The translations under genes and the position numbers were made by a program. A stretch of DNA of 61,455 bases, the filler included. It is 2 parts of 2 records of this genome, joined end to end, with 100 filler letters (N's around TTAATTAATTAA, not from the genome) between each part and the next. Parts side by side here need not be neighbours in the genome. Positions count along the whole stretch, not along the records: positions 30,308 to 61,455 come from SRR16203515_2333; 1 more part is not named here. The stretch is one strand, 5' to 3'. This document shows positions 42,439 through 52,627 of the stretch, in pieces. The notes beneath the pieces were generated by a model. It ran no database searches, had not been told where the DNA came from, and was given only the letters and a program-made list of their open reading frames with translations. Position 1 is the first letter of the stretch. Each line of letters begins with the position of its first letter.

Positions 42439-43347
42439 TTGAATATCCAGCAAAAATCTTACCATGTACCTTATAAACATGGCCATTTGCACTTAAGGCA
42501 GATAGTGCCTGTGCAAGCAGATATGAGTAAGCCGCCAATTTTAATGTTACATGGCGCTATGTCTAATGGGCGGGTGTTTTATAGCGACTCAGGTAAAGGC
42601 TTAGGTTGTTATTTAGCTGATGCGGGATATGTTGTTTATGTGCTTGATACTCAAGGTCGTGGCTTAAGTGAGCCTAAGTTAGCCCGTGGTTTTGAGTCTG
42701 GCCAAGGTGAGGTGATCCGCGAACAATTGCCACTTATTCAGCAATACATACTGTCGTTGCACCCAAAAGTAACAACAGTACATTGGTGCGCACATTCTTG
42801 GGGGGGCGTATTGATGGCAAGCGCGTTAGCCCGCTATAAGGATTTACAGCAAAGCGTTGCTTCATTAGTCACCTTTGGCAGTAAACGCCGTATTCAAGTC
42901 AAATCACTGCAAAAATGGCTTACAGTGGATCTCGTGTGGAACAACATTGCGCCTTTTATCGCTTGGAAAAGTGGTTACCTGCCCGCAGACAAACTGAAAA
43001 TGGGCATGGATAATGAGTCTCGTTCATCGCTTAGGCAAACTATTGAGTGGGTGCGCGGCCAATGGGTAGATAGCGATGATGGTTTTGATTATGCCAGCGC
43101 CGCCAAACAAGCTAATTGGCCTAAGTCTTGGTTTATAGCCGGTAAGGGCGACAAGGTGCTTGGTAATCCTGCTGATGTTGAGCGCATGATAAAAGAGTGC
43201 CAGATTCAGCAGGTTGATTACACCTTATTATCTAAAAAGCAGGGCTTTATACACGACTACGATCATGGTGGCATGTTAACCCATAAAGATGCCGTTAAAG
43301 ATCATTTTCCAAAAGTTAGAGACTGGTATCGGAGCTTCAACGGCTAG
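42439..43347 (+). CDS. Alpha/beta fold hydrolase
   Basis: LMLHG, GRGLS, AHSWGG nucleophile, YDHG; TTG start. Confidence 0.85.
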   Translation: MNIQQKSYHVPYKHGHLHLRQIVPVQADMSKPPILMLHGAMSNGRVFYSDSGKGLGCYLADAGYVVYVLDTQGRGLSEPKLARGFESGQGEVIREQLPLIQQYILSLHPKVTTVHWCAHSWGGVLMASALARYKDLQQSVASLVTFGSKRRIQVKSLQKWLTVDLVWNNIAPFIAWKSGYLPADKLKMGMDNESRSSLRQTIEWVRGQWVDSDDGFDYASAAKQANWPKSWFIAGKGDKVLGNPADVERMIKECQIQQVDYTLLSKKQGFIHDYDHGGMLTHKDAVKDHFPKVRDWYRSFNG

Positions 43348-43500
43348 GTTTAGTTTATTGGTTATGGCGTTAATAACTTAGATGCCAACATGTAAGGCTG
43401 TACCTAGGCTGGTAACAAGCAGAAACATATAAAAGCTTAGTTTAGCTGTTAGACTTATAAGCTTTCTTTATTTAACAGTTACAAATACTTGCTGCTGGTA

Positions 43501-44112
43501 CTACTCATTGTGGTGAGCCAATAACGGCGCGAGTTTTACCAGTTCTGCAAGGTTACTGACGCCAAGTTTGGTCATCAGTTTTGAACGGTGTACTTCAATG
43601 GTGCGGATTGCTACGCATAGTTCATTCGCCATCTGCTTATTGGTGTTTCCAGCAATAACTAACTCAAAGATCTGCGTTTCTCGCTCAGACAAATTATTAA
43701 TCAAAGCTTGGTTAGTCAGCTTCCAATGTTGGCGGCAGCTGTACTCTAGCCCTTTAGCAATTGATTGCGATAAAAGTTTGCCTTGCACAGGCTTTTGAAA
43801 GAAATCAAACGCTCCATTTTTAAAAGCGTCTACAGCCATAGGCACATCACCATGGCCTGTTAAGAAAATAACTGATAATGGGCTTTTAGCTTGAGTGAGT
43901 AGTTGCTGCACTTGAGGGCCTGTTAGCCCCGGCATACGCGCATCTAAAATAACGCAACCAGCTTGGCTTAAATCAACGGATGCAAGAAAGCTGTCGCCAC
44001 TGTTGAAACAATTAAGTTGATAACCATAACCGTCCATTAAGAAGCTTATCGAATCGATAATTGCTTCATCATCATCGACTAAATACACCGGACCTTTAAT
44101 TAGCTGTTCCAC
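43501..44112 (-). CDS. thsR: FixJ/TtrR-type response regulator, ThsR-like
   Basis: LVDDD, LDARMPG, FLTGHGD, FQKP, LuxR HTH; divergent from its kinase, next to psrABC. Confidence 0.8.
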   Translation of the reverse strand: MEQLIKGPVYLVDDDEAIIDSISFLMDGYGYQLNCFNSGDSFLASVDLSQAGCVILDARMPGLTGPQVQQLLTQAKSPLSVIFLTGHGDVPMAVDAFKNGAFDFFQKPVQGKLLSQSIAKGLEYSCRQHWKLTNQALINNLSERETQIFELVIAGNTNKQMANELCVAIRTIEVHRSKLMTKLGVSNLAELVKLAPLLAHHNE

Positions 44113-44353
44113 AACACACCTTTATTTTAGCAATGCTTAAATGATTGATATCCCAGTTTGCAGCAATTAGCGAACTATTTTTCATAAAGCATGAATTGGG
44201 TCACGCAGCTAACTTAGCTGCCTAGCGTAAGCTATTGCTAATCAATCTGCTTTAAATTTATCACAGCGCTTTAGCGGTTTTTATATTTGATCAGGGCTGA
44301 TAAGACCTATGTTTCATCGTGATTTAGCAGGCTATTAATTGAGTGTTAAGGGA

Positions 44354-46141
44354 ATGAAATTGCCTAAAATTTTGTTTTGTATCTTAGTTTTATTGTTTTC
44401 TACCACTGCATGGTCTAAGCCAAAGCAGTTTTATGTGGGCGTGCTAGCAAACTGGGGGCACCAGCAAGCTGTCGAACGCTGGACTCCGATGATGCAATAC
44501 CTTAATGAGCAGGTTCCAGGTGCTGAGTTTCATGTCTATCCAGGCAATTTTGAAGCGCTAAATTTGGCGATGGAGCTCGGACAAATTCAGTTTATTATTA
44601 CCAACCCAGGCCAATACTTGTATTTGTCGAACCAATATCCACTTTCTTGGCTCGCAACAATGCGCTCAAAACGCCATAACGGCACGACATCAGCTATTGG
44701 CTCAGCGATTATCGTTAGTGCTAATAGTGATTACCGCACTTTATATGACTTAAAAGGCAAGATTGTTGCTGCGAGCGATCCACATGCGCTTGGTGGATAT
44801 CAAGCAACTGTTGGCCTCATGCATAGTTTGGGAATGGACCCTACAACGTTTTTTGGCCAAACCAAATTCTTAGGCTTTCCACTCGATCCGCTGCTGTACC
44901 AAGTGCGCGATGGTAATGTTGATGCCGCAATAACGCCTTTGTGTACGCTAGAGGACATGGTTGCCCGAGGGCTTATTCGCCGTGCAGATTATCGGGTGCT
45001 AAACCCGAGTCGACCAGAGGGAATAGAATGCCAGTGCAGCACTAATCTGTATCCAAACTGGTCATTTGCGGCCACAGAAAGTGTTGATACCAACTTAACC
45101 AAGGCAATTACCCAAGCGTTATTAGAGTTAACTGCAGACAACCCCGCAGCAATCACCGCACAGCTCAAGGGCTGGACTTCGCCAATTAGCCAGTTAGCTG
45201 TGATTAAACTGTTTAAAGAGTTACATGTGGCCTCGCCTGAGCATAGCCGTTGGGATTCGGTCAAACAGTGGCTTGAAGATAATCGTCACTGGGGAATTTT
45301 ATCGGTACTCATTTTTATTATTGCCACCCTTTACCATTTATGGATTGAATATCGATTTCATCAAAAAAGTAACTCACTTATTGAGTCTGAGCGCCAGTTA
45401 AAGCAGCAAGCAATTGCTTTAGAGAGGCTACAAAGCGCCTCTATTGTTGGTGAGATTGGTGCAGGGCTTGCCCATGAAATTAACCAGCCGATAGCGGCTA
45501 TTACCAGTTATAGCGAAGGCGGCATAATGCGCTTGCAAGGGCAAGAAAAAGCCGACGTACAAGCCTGTATTGAGCTGCTAGAGAAAATCCATAAGCAGTC
45601 CACTCGCGCAGGGGAAGTCGTACATCGAATTCGAGGATTATTAAAACGCCGTGAAGCGGTGATGGTCGATGTGAATATTCTCACCTTAGTAGAAGAGAGT
45701 ATCTCTTTACTGCGGCTTGAGCTGGCAAGACGAGACATTCAAATCAACACCCAAATTAAAGGTGAACCATTCTTTATTACTGCGGATAGAGTGGGCTTGT
45801 TGCAAGTGCTGATTAACCTAATTAAAAATAGTGTTGATGCCATTGCCGACTCAGACAATGTCCGCAGCGGAAAAATTAATATCGAACTCGACTTTAAAGA
45901 GCAGCAAGTCAACATTTTTATCGTCGACAATGGCCCCGGGCTTGCTATGGAGTCTGATACGTTAATGGCAACTTTTTACACCACTAAAGTTGATGGTTTA
46001 GGTTTAGGACTGGCGATTTGCAACGAAGTAATTAAAGAGCATGAAGGTCGATTCACGCTGGCTAATTGTAGTGGCGATACTACAGGCTGCGTGGCAACTC
46101 TGAGTCTTAAAAAGCGTGGTAGTGAGCAAGCCGTTGTTTAA
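44354..46141 (+). CDS. thsS: Sensor histidine kinase with periplasmic PhnD/SsuA-type domain, ThsS/TtrS-like
   Basis: ITNPGQY, ALGGY, STNLYPNW, one TM, LAHEINQP, QVLINLIKN, DNGPG, GLGLGL. Confidence 0.8.
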   Translation: MKLPKILFCILVLLFSTTAWSKPKQFYVGVLANWGHQQAVERWTPMMQYLNEQVPGAEFHVYPGNFEALNLAMELGQIQFIITNPGQYLYLSNQYPLSWLATMRSKRHNGTTSAIGSAIIVSANSDYRTLYDLKGKIVAASDPHALGGYQATVGLMHSLGMDPTTFFGQTKFLGFPLDPLLYQVRDGNVDAAITPLCTLEDMVARGLIRRADYRVLNPSRPEGIECQCSTNLYPNWSFAATESVDTNLTKAITQALLELTADNPAAITAQLKGWTSPISQLAVIKLFKELHVASPEHSRWDSVKQWLEDNRHWGILSVLIFIIATLYHLWIEYRFHQKSNSLIESERQLKQQAIALERLQSASIVGEIGAGLAHEINQPIAAITSYSEGGIMRLQGQEKADVQACIELLEKIHKQSTRAGEVVHRIRGLLKRREAVMVDVNILTLVEESISLLRLELARRDIQINTQIKGEPFFITADRVGLLQVLINLIKNSVDAIADSDNVRSGKINIELDFKEQQVNIFIVDNGPGLAMESDTLMATFYTTKVDGLGLGLAICNEVIKEHEGRFTLANCSGDTTGCVATLSLKKRGSEQAVV

Positions 46142-46197
46142 CTTATAACGTATTGTGCAATAGGGCTTAAAGGACAAAAAACATTAGCCCCCACCAG

Positions 46198-46239
46198 AAA
46201 ATGTGCGGTATTGACTGTTATTAGTCTGCCGCACATTTT
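46198..46239 (+). terminator. Hairpin/terminator after the kinase
   Basis: aaaatgtgcgg...ccgcacatttt. Confidence 0.65.
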
Positions 46240-46285
46240 GGCTTTTATTGGGGCGTAATCTACAAAAAAATTATCTTTTTTACGT

Positions 46286-46397
46286 TATGTGGTTTACCAC
46301 AATTTACAGTATTTACTTGCTGTGCTGGTGTAAAAATGAACTGTGAATTGCTTCACAAACAAGCTCACTGTTTAGCAAGTATGTGGTTTACCACAAT
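46286..46397 (+). promoter_or_regulatory. psrA promoter: two identical 18-bp operators flanking a CRP site
   Basis: TATGTGGTTTACCACAAT at 46286-46303 and 46380-46397; TGTGA-ATTGCT-TCACA at 46342-46357. Confidence 0.85.
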
Positions 46398-46521
46398 ATT
46401 CAAGTTTAGCCTCCTCAATAACAATGATGAAAACCTTAGCAGTAGGTTGATTGCCAATCGCAGTTAATCCAGTGCTTAACATATCGCTTTGCTAAGGATC
46501 ATTGTCATTGGGAGATTTAAC

Positions 46522-48798
46522 ATGAAACTAGATCGGCGAACCTTCATTAAAGGGGCCGGAGCGGGTACAGCGACTTGCGCATTAGCAACGCTTCCAGGCT
46601 CTTTGGCTGCCCTTGGACATTCTGAACTGCAAGGCAGTGCAGAGTCAGTCGCAAGTATTTGTGAAATGTGCTCAACCCGCTGTCCGATCTCAGCTCGAGT
46701 GGTGAATGGCAAAAACGTATCGATTTTAGGTAACGCAAACGCTAAATCTTTTGGCGGTGTTGTATGTGCTCGTGGCGGTGCTGGTCACAGCCAACTTTAC
46801 GATAAGCAACGCATTGTTAAGCCGCTAAAGCGTGTTGGTGAACGTGGTGAAGGTAACTGGCAAGAGATTGAGTGGGATGAAGCCTACCGCACGATTGCAG
46901 AAAACCTAAACAGAATTAAAACTCAGCACGGTGCAGAAACTGTAGCCTTTTCATCTAAGTCTGGCTCTTTGTCAGGTCACCTATTCCATTTAGCCAAAGC
47001 CTTTGGTAGCCCAAATACCTTTACTCACGCATCAACTTGCCCAGGTAGTTATGTGATTGCGGCTAAAGCGATGTTTGGCGGCAAAATTAAGCGCGATTTA
47101 AGTAACTCTAAATACATCATCAACTTCGGTCATAACTTGTACGAAGGCATTAACATGTCTGAGACTCGAGGCATGATGAATGCGCAAATGGAGAAGGGCG
47201 CTAAGCTAGTGGTATTTGAACCACGTTTTTCTATCGTCGCAGATAAAGCTGATGAGTGGTACGCGATTAAGCCGGGTACTGATGTAGCCGTTGCTCTGGC
47301 AATTTGCCATGTTTTGATTAAAGACGACTTATACGATAAAGACTTTGTAGCACAATACGTCACAGGTTTTGAAGACTTTGCTAAAGAAGTTAACGCTTAC
47401 ACGCCTGAATGGGCAGAGTCAGTTAGTGACGTACCAGCAGAAGATATCCGCCGTATTACTCATGAGTACGCCGCCGCTGCGCCACATGCATTAGTGGATT
47501 TTGGTCACCGTTCATCGTTTACCACTGAAGAGTTTGAAATGCGCCGCGCACTTTATGCTGCTAACGTGTTAGTGGGCAACATTGAACGTAAAGGTGGTTT
47601 GTACTTCGGCAAAAAAGCCTCTAGCTATAACAAGTTTGCTGGTGAAAAAGTTGCACCAACCTTAGCTAAGCCGGGCGTAGATGGCATGCCAAAAATTGAT
47701 GCCAAGCGTATCGATATGGTTGATGAACAATATGCCATGACTTGGTCGTCAGGCGGTATTTACCAGACTATTCTCGACGCGACTCTTGATGCTGTGCCTT
47801 ATCAGCTACGTGCATGGGTGATGAGCCGCACTAACCCAATGCAAACCATGACTGATAGAGCACGTATTGTTGAAACAATGCAAAAGCTCGACTTTATCGT
47901 GGCCTGCGATATTTATATCAGCGAATCAGCTGCTTATGCCGATATTTTCTTACCTGAGTCGACTTACCTTGAGCGTGATGAAGAGATCGCTGACAAGTCG
48001 AGTAAGAATCCTGCTTACTATGTACGTCAACGCGTAGTTGAAACCATTGGTGATACCAAGCCAAGCTGGCAGATCTGGAAAGAACTTGCTGTTGAGTTAG
48101 GTCAAGGCCAGTTCTTCCCATGGGAAAACATGGAAACATTGCAGCTATTCCAAGTGCAACGTGATGTAAACCTACTAAGAAAAATCAAAGACGAAGGCTT
48201 TGTTAGCTTTGGTAAGCCTTTGATGCTGCGTGAGCCTAGCATGGTGAGAGATTTTGCTGCTGCTTACCCAAGTGCTAAACCACTTGATGAAAATGGCACA
48301 TACGCTAGCCACGTAAGCTTCAAGACACCAAGCGGCAAGATTGAGCTTAGCTCAGACAAGGTCGAGAAAATGGCACCAGGTCGCGGGGTGATCCGTTACC
48401 GTGAAGTGAACATGAAAAAGGCCGACGAGCTGTTTTTCATTCAAGGCAAGGTAGCGGTACACACTAATGCTGCAACTCAAAACGTGCCAATGCTAGCGAA
48501 CTTGATGTCTGACAATGCCTTGTGGATCCACCCGATCACAGCAGGCCTGTTAAATATCTCTAGTGGCGACAAGATCCGCATCTATAACGATACTGGCAGC
48601 GAAGAAGGTCACGCATTAGTGACCCCAGGTATTCGCCCTGACACAGTATTTGCTTATATGGGCTGTGGCTCAAAGAATAAAGAACTTGCTCGTGCAACTG
48701 GTAAAGGTGTGCATTGCGGTAACTTACTTCCTCACGTGACTTCTCCGGTAACAGGTATGAACCTGCATACAACCGGCGTTAAAGTTGCCAAGATTTAA
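46522..48798 (+). CDS. psrA: Thiosulfate/polysulfide reductase molybdopterin subunit (PsrA/PhsA)
   Basis: Tat signal DRRTFIK, CEMCSTRC...C Fe-S motif, HASTC, LPESTYLER; GGAG SD before ATG 46522. Confidence 0.92.
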   Translation: MKLDRRTFIKGAGAGTATCALATLPGSLAALGHSELQGSAESVASICEMCSTRCPISARVVNGKNVSILGNANAKSFGGVVCARGGAGHSQLYDKQRIVKPLKRVGERGEGNWQEIEWDEAYRTIAENLNRIKTQHGAETVAFSSKSGSLSGHLFHLAKAFGSPNTFTHASTCPGSYVIAAKAMFGGKIKRDLSNSKYIINFGHNLYEGINMSETRGMMNAQMEKGAKLVVFEPRFSIVADKADEWYAIKPGTDVAVALAICHVLIKDDLYDKDFVAQYVTGFEDFAKEVNAYTPEWAESVSDVPAEDIRRITHEYAAAAPHALVDFGHRSSFTTEEFEMRRALYAANVLVGNIERKGGLYFGKKASSYNKFAGEKVAPTLAKPGVDGMPKIDAKRIDMVDEQYAMTWSSGGIYQTILDATLDAVPYQLRAWVMSRTNPMQTMTDRARIVETMQKLDFIVACDIYISESAAYADIFLPESTYLERDEEIADKSSKNPAYYVRQRVVETIGDTKPSWQIWKELAVELGQGQFFPWENMETLQLFQVQRDVNLLRKIKDEGFVSFGKPLMLREPSMVRDFAAAYPSAKPLDENGTYASHVSFKTPSGKIELSSDKVEKMAPGRGVIRYREVNMKKADELFFIQGKVAVHTNAATQNVPMLANLMSDNALWIHPITAGLLNISSGDKIRIYNDTGSEEGHALVTPGIRPDTVFAYMGCGSKNKELARATGKGVHCGNLLPHVTSPVTGMNLHTTGVKVAKI

Positions 48799-48810
48799 TC
48801 GGAGTTAATT

Positions 48811-49383
48811 ATGACTAAGCGTTATGTTCTAGTGCACGATGAAAACAAGTGCATTGGCTGCCAAGCGTGTAACGTGGCTTGCCGCAGTGAAAACAATGTG
48901 CCTGAGTCGGTAACTCGCATTCAAGTGAGAATCGAGGGGCCATACGGCAACTTCCCACATTTACATTTTAAATATAATCGCGTTTCGTGCGAGCAATGTG
49001 AAAACGCACCATGCGTTAAGGTGTGCCCAACAGGTGCAGCTTATGTTAACGCAGATGGCATTGTGTCTATCAACGAGAAAAAATGCGTAGGTTGTTTGTA
49101 CTGCGTTGCAGCTTGTCCTTACAAGGTGCGCTTTATTAACCCTGAGACTCGTGTGCCTGACAAGTGTGACTTCTGTAAAGATACTCGCTTAGCGCGTGGT
49201 GAAGAACCTGCTTGTGTTAGCGTTTGTCCAACTCAAGCACTGACCTTTGGTGACGCCAATGACCTGAACTCTGAAGTGCGCAAAGTATTAGATACCAAAA
49301 ATCATTACCAACAAAAGGTAAACCTTGGCACTGAACCAAGAGTCTACCGCATTCCTAGCCGTAAAGGAGGGATCAAAGCATGA
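48811..49383 (+). CDS. psrB: Four-cluster Fe-S subunit
   Basis: CIGCQACNVAC, CEQCENAPCVKVCP, CVGCLYCVAACP, CDFC..PACVSVCP. Confidence 0.92.
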   Translation: MTKRYVLVHDENKCIGCQACNVACRSENNVPESVTRIQVRIEGPYGNFPHLHFKYNRVSCEQCENAPCVKVCPTGAAYVNADGIVSINEKKCVGCLYCVAACPYKVRFINPETRVPDKCDFCKDTRLARGEEPACVSVCPTQALTFGDANDLNSEVRKVLDTKNHYQQKVNLGTEPRVYRIPSRKGGIKA

Positions 49384-50327
49384 ACAATATCTGGGGCTCA
49401 ATGGAGCAATACGATCCGGTAGTGTGGAACTGGATCATCGCAGTCTACTTGTTTATGGCGGGTTTATCAGCGGGTTCAATGCTGGTGGCTATTGGTCTTA
49501 AATGGTACAAGCAAAGCCGTGGTCAACCTACAGAAGGTTTACCGGTTATTAAGGCGGCAGCGATTATAGGACCTGTTGCAATCAGCTTAGGTATGGCGCT
49601 ATTGGTATTGGATTTAACCAAGCCATTTGAGTTTTACCATATTTTGCTTAACTACAACTTAACCTCGGTAATGGCGTGGGGTGTAATTGCGCTGCTGGTT
49701 TATATTCCGCTGGTATTTGTATTCGCTGCCTTAGTGTTTGAAAAGCTGGTACTACAGTATGCACCTTGGTTAGCTGGCATTCTTAAAGTGTGTCGCCAAG
49801 TTGAAAATAGCCTTAATAAACTGATTTTCGCCCTTGGTCTAGGCGTTGGGGTTTATACCGGCTTCTTACTATCGGCTTTGATTAGCTACCCAATTTTGAA
49901 CACTGCGGTATTACCAGCCTTGTTCTTGGCGTCTGCACTGTCTGTTGGCTCTGCGGGTAACATCTTGGTAGCAACCTTATTCTTTAGCAAAAAGGAATCG
50001 GATTGTATCGAGCAAGTTCACCGTATTGAATATCCAGTAGCCTTTAACGAAGCACTTTGTTTAGTCCTGTTGTTTGTTGGTCTTAACTTTTCAGGCCCAG
50101 CTGCTCAGGCGGCAACAGCAGCGATTACAACAGGCACTTGGGCAAGTGTATTTTGGATTGGTGTAGTTGGCTTAGGTTTGGTTGTGCCAGTACTTGCAAG
50201 CACGCTAGCACCTAAGGCGTGGCGCCATACTAAAGGCTTCTTAATTACAGTATCGTGCAGCACTATTATTGGTGTGTTAGCACTGAGACACTTTGTGGTG
50301 TACGCAGGTCAAAGTTACATTAGCTAA
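49380..50327 (+). CDS. psrC: NrfD/PsrC family membrane anchor
   Basis: WIIAVYLFMAG, LDLTKP, SVMAWG, YTGFLL; ATGA overlap with psrB. Confidence 0.9.
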   Translation: MNNIWGSMEQYDPVVWNWIIAVYLFMAGLSAGSMLVAIGLKWYKQSRGQPTEGLPVIKAAAIIGPVAISLGMALLVLDLTKPFEFYHILLNYNLTSVMAWGVIALLVYIPLVFVFAALVFEKLVLQYAPWLAGILKVCRQVENSLNKLIFALGLGVGVYTGFLLSALISYPILNTAVLPALFLASALSVGSAGNILVATLFFSKKESDCIEQVHRIEYPVAFNEALCLVLLFVGLNFSGPAAQAATAAITTGTWASVFWIGVVGLGLVVPVLASTLAPKAWRHTKGFLITVSCSTIIGVLALRHFVVYAGQSYIS

Positions 50328-50362
50328 CAGCTTATCGTTTGTCTTAACTCACCAATCAGCAT

Positions 50363-50387
50363 AAGCGGCCCATGTTAGGCCGCTTTT
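50363..50387 (+). terminator. Terminator after psrC
   Basis: aagcggcc-catgtta-ggccgctttt. Confidence 0.8.
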
Positions 50388-50475
50388 ATCTTTTAACGTG
50401 CTTACATCTATATCTGCTTATTAGAGCTACTCATACTAATAGCTCCAGTTGAGATCGGATATTAACGGATATAAA

Positions 50476-50518
50476 TGCGAGCTATCTCACTTATTTGTGG
50501 TCTATGAAGGAGTAGACT
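50476..50518 (+). promoter_or_regulatory. Class II CRP-type promoter for the YejM-like gene
   Basis: aaaTGCGA-gctatc-TCACTt (50476-50491) centred about -41.5 relative to -10 TAGACT (50513-50518). Confidence 0.6.
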
Positions 50519-50562
50519 TCGCGCCTTTTATGGTTTGCGTTATGCAGACAGGACTGGCTTGA

Positions 50563-52398
50563 ATGGTGAAAATGATACCCTTGCGCGCACGAGTGAAATC
50601 TCACTTTGTGTTTACACTAATCAATGCGTTGGTGTTTACTGTCATCGCAACTAATTACTTTGATTATCTTCCGCTAAACCTATCTACGTTTGACTGGTCC
50701 TATATTGCCGTTGCTACACTAGGTCAGATGGGCTTATTAGCGCTATTGGTAGGGATTATTAGCTTACCACTAAGTGTGATTAAATCCATTCGTGGCAGGG
50801 TGCTATTAACTTCAGTTATTTTCAGTGCAGCGTTAATGACCTTGTATGGCGACACGCAGATTTTCGCTCAATACCGTTTTCATATTCAGCCTGTACTGGT
50901 TGAGATGGTTTTCTCTGGTGGTATCGTTGAGTTCTCTTTAGCAAACTACTTATTTGCAGCATCATTTATATTACTAGCATTTTTGCTGCAATGTGGGATC
51001 TATTGGGTTGTTTTAAAAAGAGATGTTACCACTATTAAAAACTTAGGGCGACTGACTGCATTGTCTATCTTTTTAGCCATGTTAGCCACACATGTGATCC
51101 ACATATGGGCAAGTGCTAATGGGGCGAATTCGATAACCAACTTTAGTCGTTTTTTACCATTGTTTTACCCTGCAACAGCTAATAGGTTGATGCTGCAATA
51201 TGGTTTAGTTGATGAGGCGCAATTAGCTCAAAACAATAAGTTAAAAGTTGATAAAAACAGTAATCTCGCTTATCCATTATCGCCAGTGACTTATCAGCAG
51301 GTTAAACCGACAAATATTTTATTTATCGTTATCGACTCTTGGCGCCATGACAGTTTTAGTGAGAAGGTTACTCCCAATATTTGGCAGTTTGCGCAACATG
51401 GGCAAGTGTTTAATCAACATTATTCAACGGGTAATGCTACCCGAGCCGGTATCTTTGGTTTGTTTTATGGCTTACCAGCGACTTATTGGCATAGCTTTTA
51501 CCGTAATCGTCAATCGCCAATACTGATGGATAGAATACAACAGTTAGATTATCAGTTAGGGGTATTTTCTTCGGCGCACTTATTAAAACCTGAGTTTGAT
51601 GAAACGGTGTTTGTGCATGTACCCGACTTGAGGGTGCGCTCAAAGGCTGATTCTAAAGCCGGTCGCGATATTGAAATTACTCAAGAATGGCTTGAATGGG
51701 ACAAACATAAAGATCCTTCTCGCCCAGCATTTTCGTTCCTATTTTACGATTCACCTCATGGATATGACTTCCCTGCGGATTACCCGAATAAGTTTGAGCC
51801 ACAAGTCTCGAGAATGGATTATTTGAGTATTAATAATGATACTGACAGGCTGCCAATTCTGAATCGTTACAATACTAGTGTTAACTTTAACGACTCATTA
51901 ATCAGTAAGGTGCTGAATCAACTTGAGGAGTCTGGCGAGCTAGCCAACACCTTGGTAGTTATCACTGGCGATCATGGCCAAGAGATCAACGATAACAAGC
52001 AGAATTTTTGGGGGCATAATGGTAATTTTACTGACCCTCAAATAAAAGTACCTTTTATGATGTTTGGGGCGGGTTTAAAGCCTGCAACCAATCAGTATTA
52101 CACAGACCATATGGATCTTGTGCCTACGTTAATGCAGAACTACTTAGGTGCTAAAGGTTCTGTAGAAAATTATAGTGCTGGCTACAATTTGTTTGATAGC
52201 CATATTGATAGAAGAAAATGGCTTATTTTAGCAAGCTATAGTGATTACGCTTTGGTGAATGAAAGCAGTATTTTGCATGTTTCCGGCACTCAAGGTGGTT
52301 ATCAATACCTTGACCGACATAATCGGCCAAAAGCAAGTAAACCTGATTTTGTGCAGCTAAATGAAGCATATGCATTGATGCGTCGCTATTTAGAATAA
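50563..52398 (+). CDS. DUF3413 + sulfatase-fold inner membrane protein (YejM/PbgA-like)
   Basis: Five N-terminal TMs, LPLFYPATA, NILFIVIDSWR, HYSTGNATRAGIFGLFYG, ITGDHG, WGH. Confidence 0.85.
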   Translation: MVKMIPLRARVKSHFVFTLINALVFTVIATNYFDYLPLNLSTFDWSYIAVATLGQMGLLALLVGIISLPLSVIKSIRGRVLLTSVIFSAALMTLYGDTQIFAQYRFHIQPVLVEMVFSGGIVEFSLANYLFAASFILLAFLLQCGIYWVVLKRDVTTIKNLGRLTALSIFLAMLATHVIHIWASANGANSITNFSRFLPLFYPATANRLMLQYGLVDEAQLAQNNKLKVDKNSNLAYPLSPVTYQQVKPTNILFIVIDSWRHDSFSEKVTPNIWQFAQHGQVFNQHYSTGNATRAGIFGLFYGLPATYWHSFYRNRQSPILMDRIQQLDYQLGVFSSAHLLKPEFDETVFVHVPDLRVRSKADSKAGRDIEITQEWLEWDKHKDPSRPAFSFLFYDSPHGYDFPADYPNKFEPQVSRMDYLSINNDTDRLPILNRYNTSVNFNDSLISKVLNQLEESGELANTLVVITGDHGQEINDNKQNFWGHNGNFTDPQIKVPFMMFGAGLKPATNQYYTDHMDLVPTLMQNYLGAKGSVENYSAGYNLFDSHIDRRKWLILASYSDYALVNESSILHVSGTQGGYQYLDRHNRPKASKPDFVQLNEAYALMRRYLE

Positions 52399-52561
52399 TG
52401 GTCGCTTGTCTATAAACACTATAGTCAATAGCCGTGATTTGCTTGTTGCTTCTCGCGGCTTTTTATTAAAATTAGTTAGTCAAAAGCGTATTTGAAATCA
52501 GCTATTTAAGACACTGGAGAATATTCCATATTCGTTTAGTAGCGATACAGACGGGTACTAC

Positions 52562-52590
52562 AAAAAAGCCCTGTTATCAAACAGGGCTTT
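52562..52590 (-). terminator. Terminator after dedA
   Basis: aaaaaagccctgtt-atca-aacagggcttt. Confidence 0.8.
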
Positions 52591-52627
52591 ATAGAAAGGG
52601 TTAGTACATCACTGTAGCTTACGCTAT

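Noticed and set aside
46286-46397. Two 18-bp repeats as a mini-CRISPR
   Set aside because: Only two short copies, no cas genes; better explained as regulator operators
24995-52398. A single sulfur island joining assT, psrABC and the sulfatase-like gene
   Set aside because: assT is on the other contig and housekeeping genes intervene; at most a shared CRP regulon
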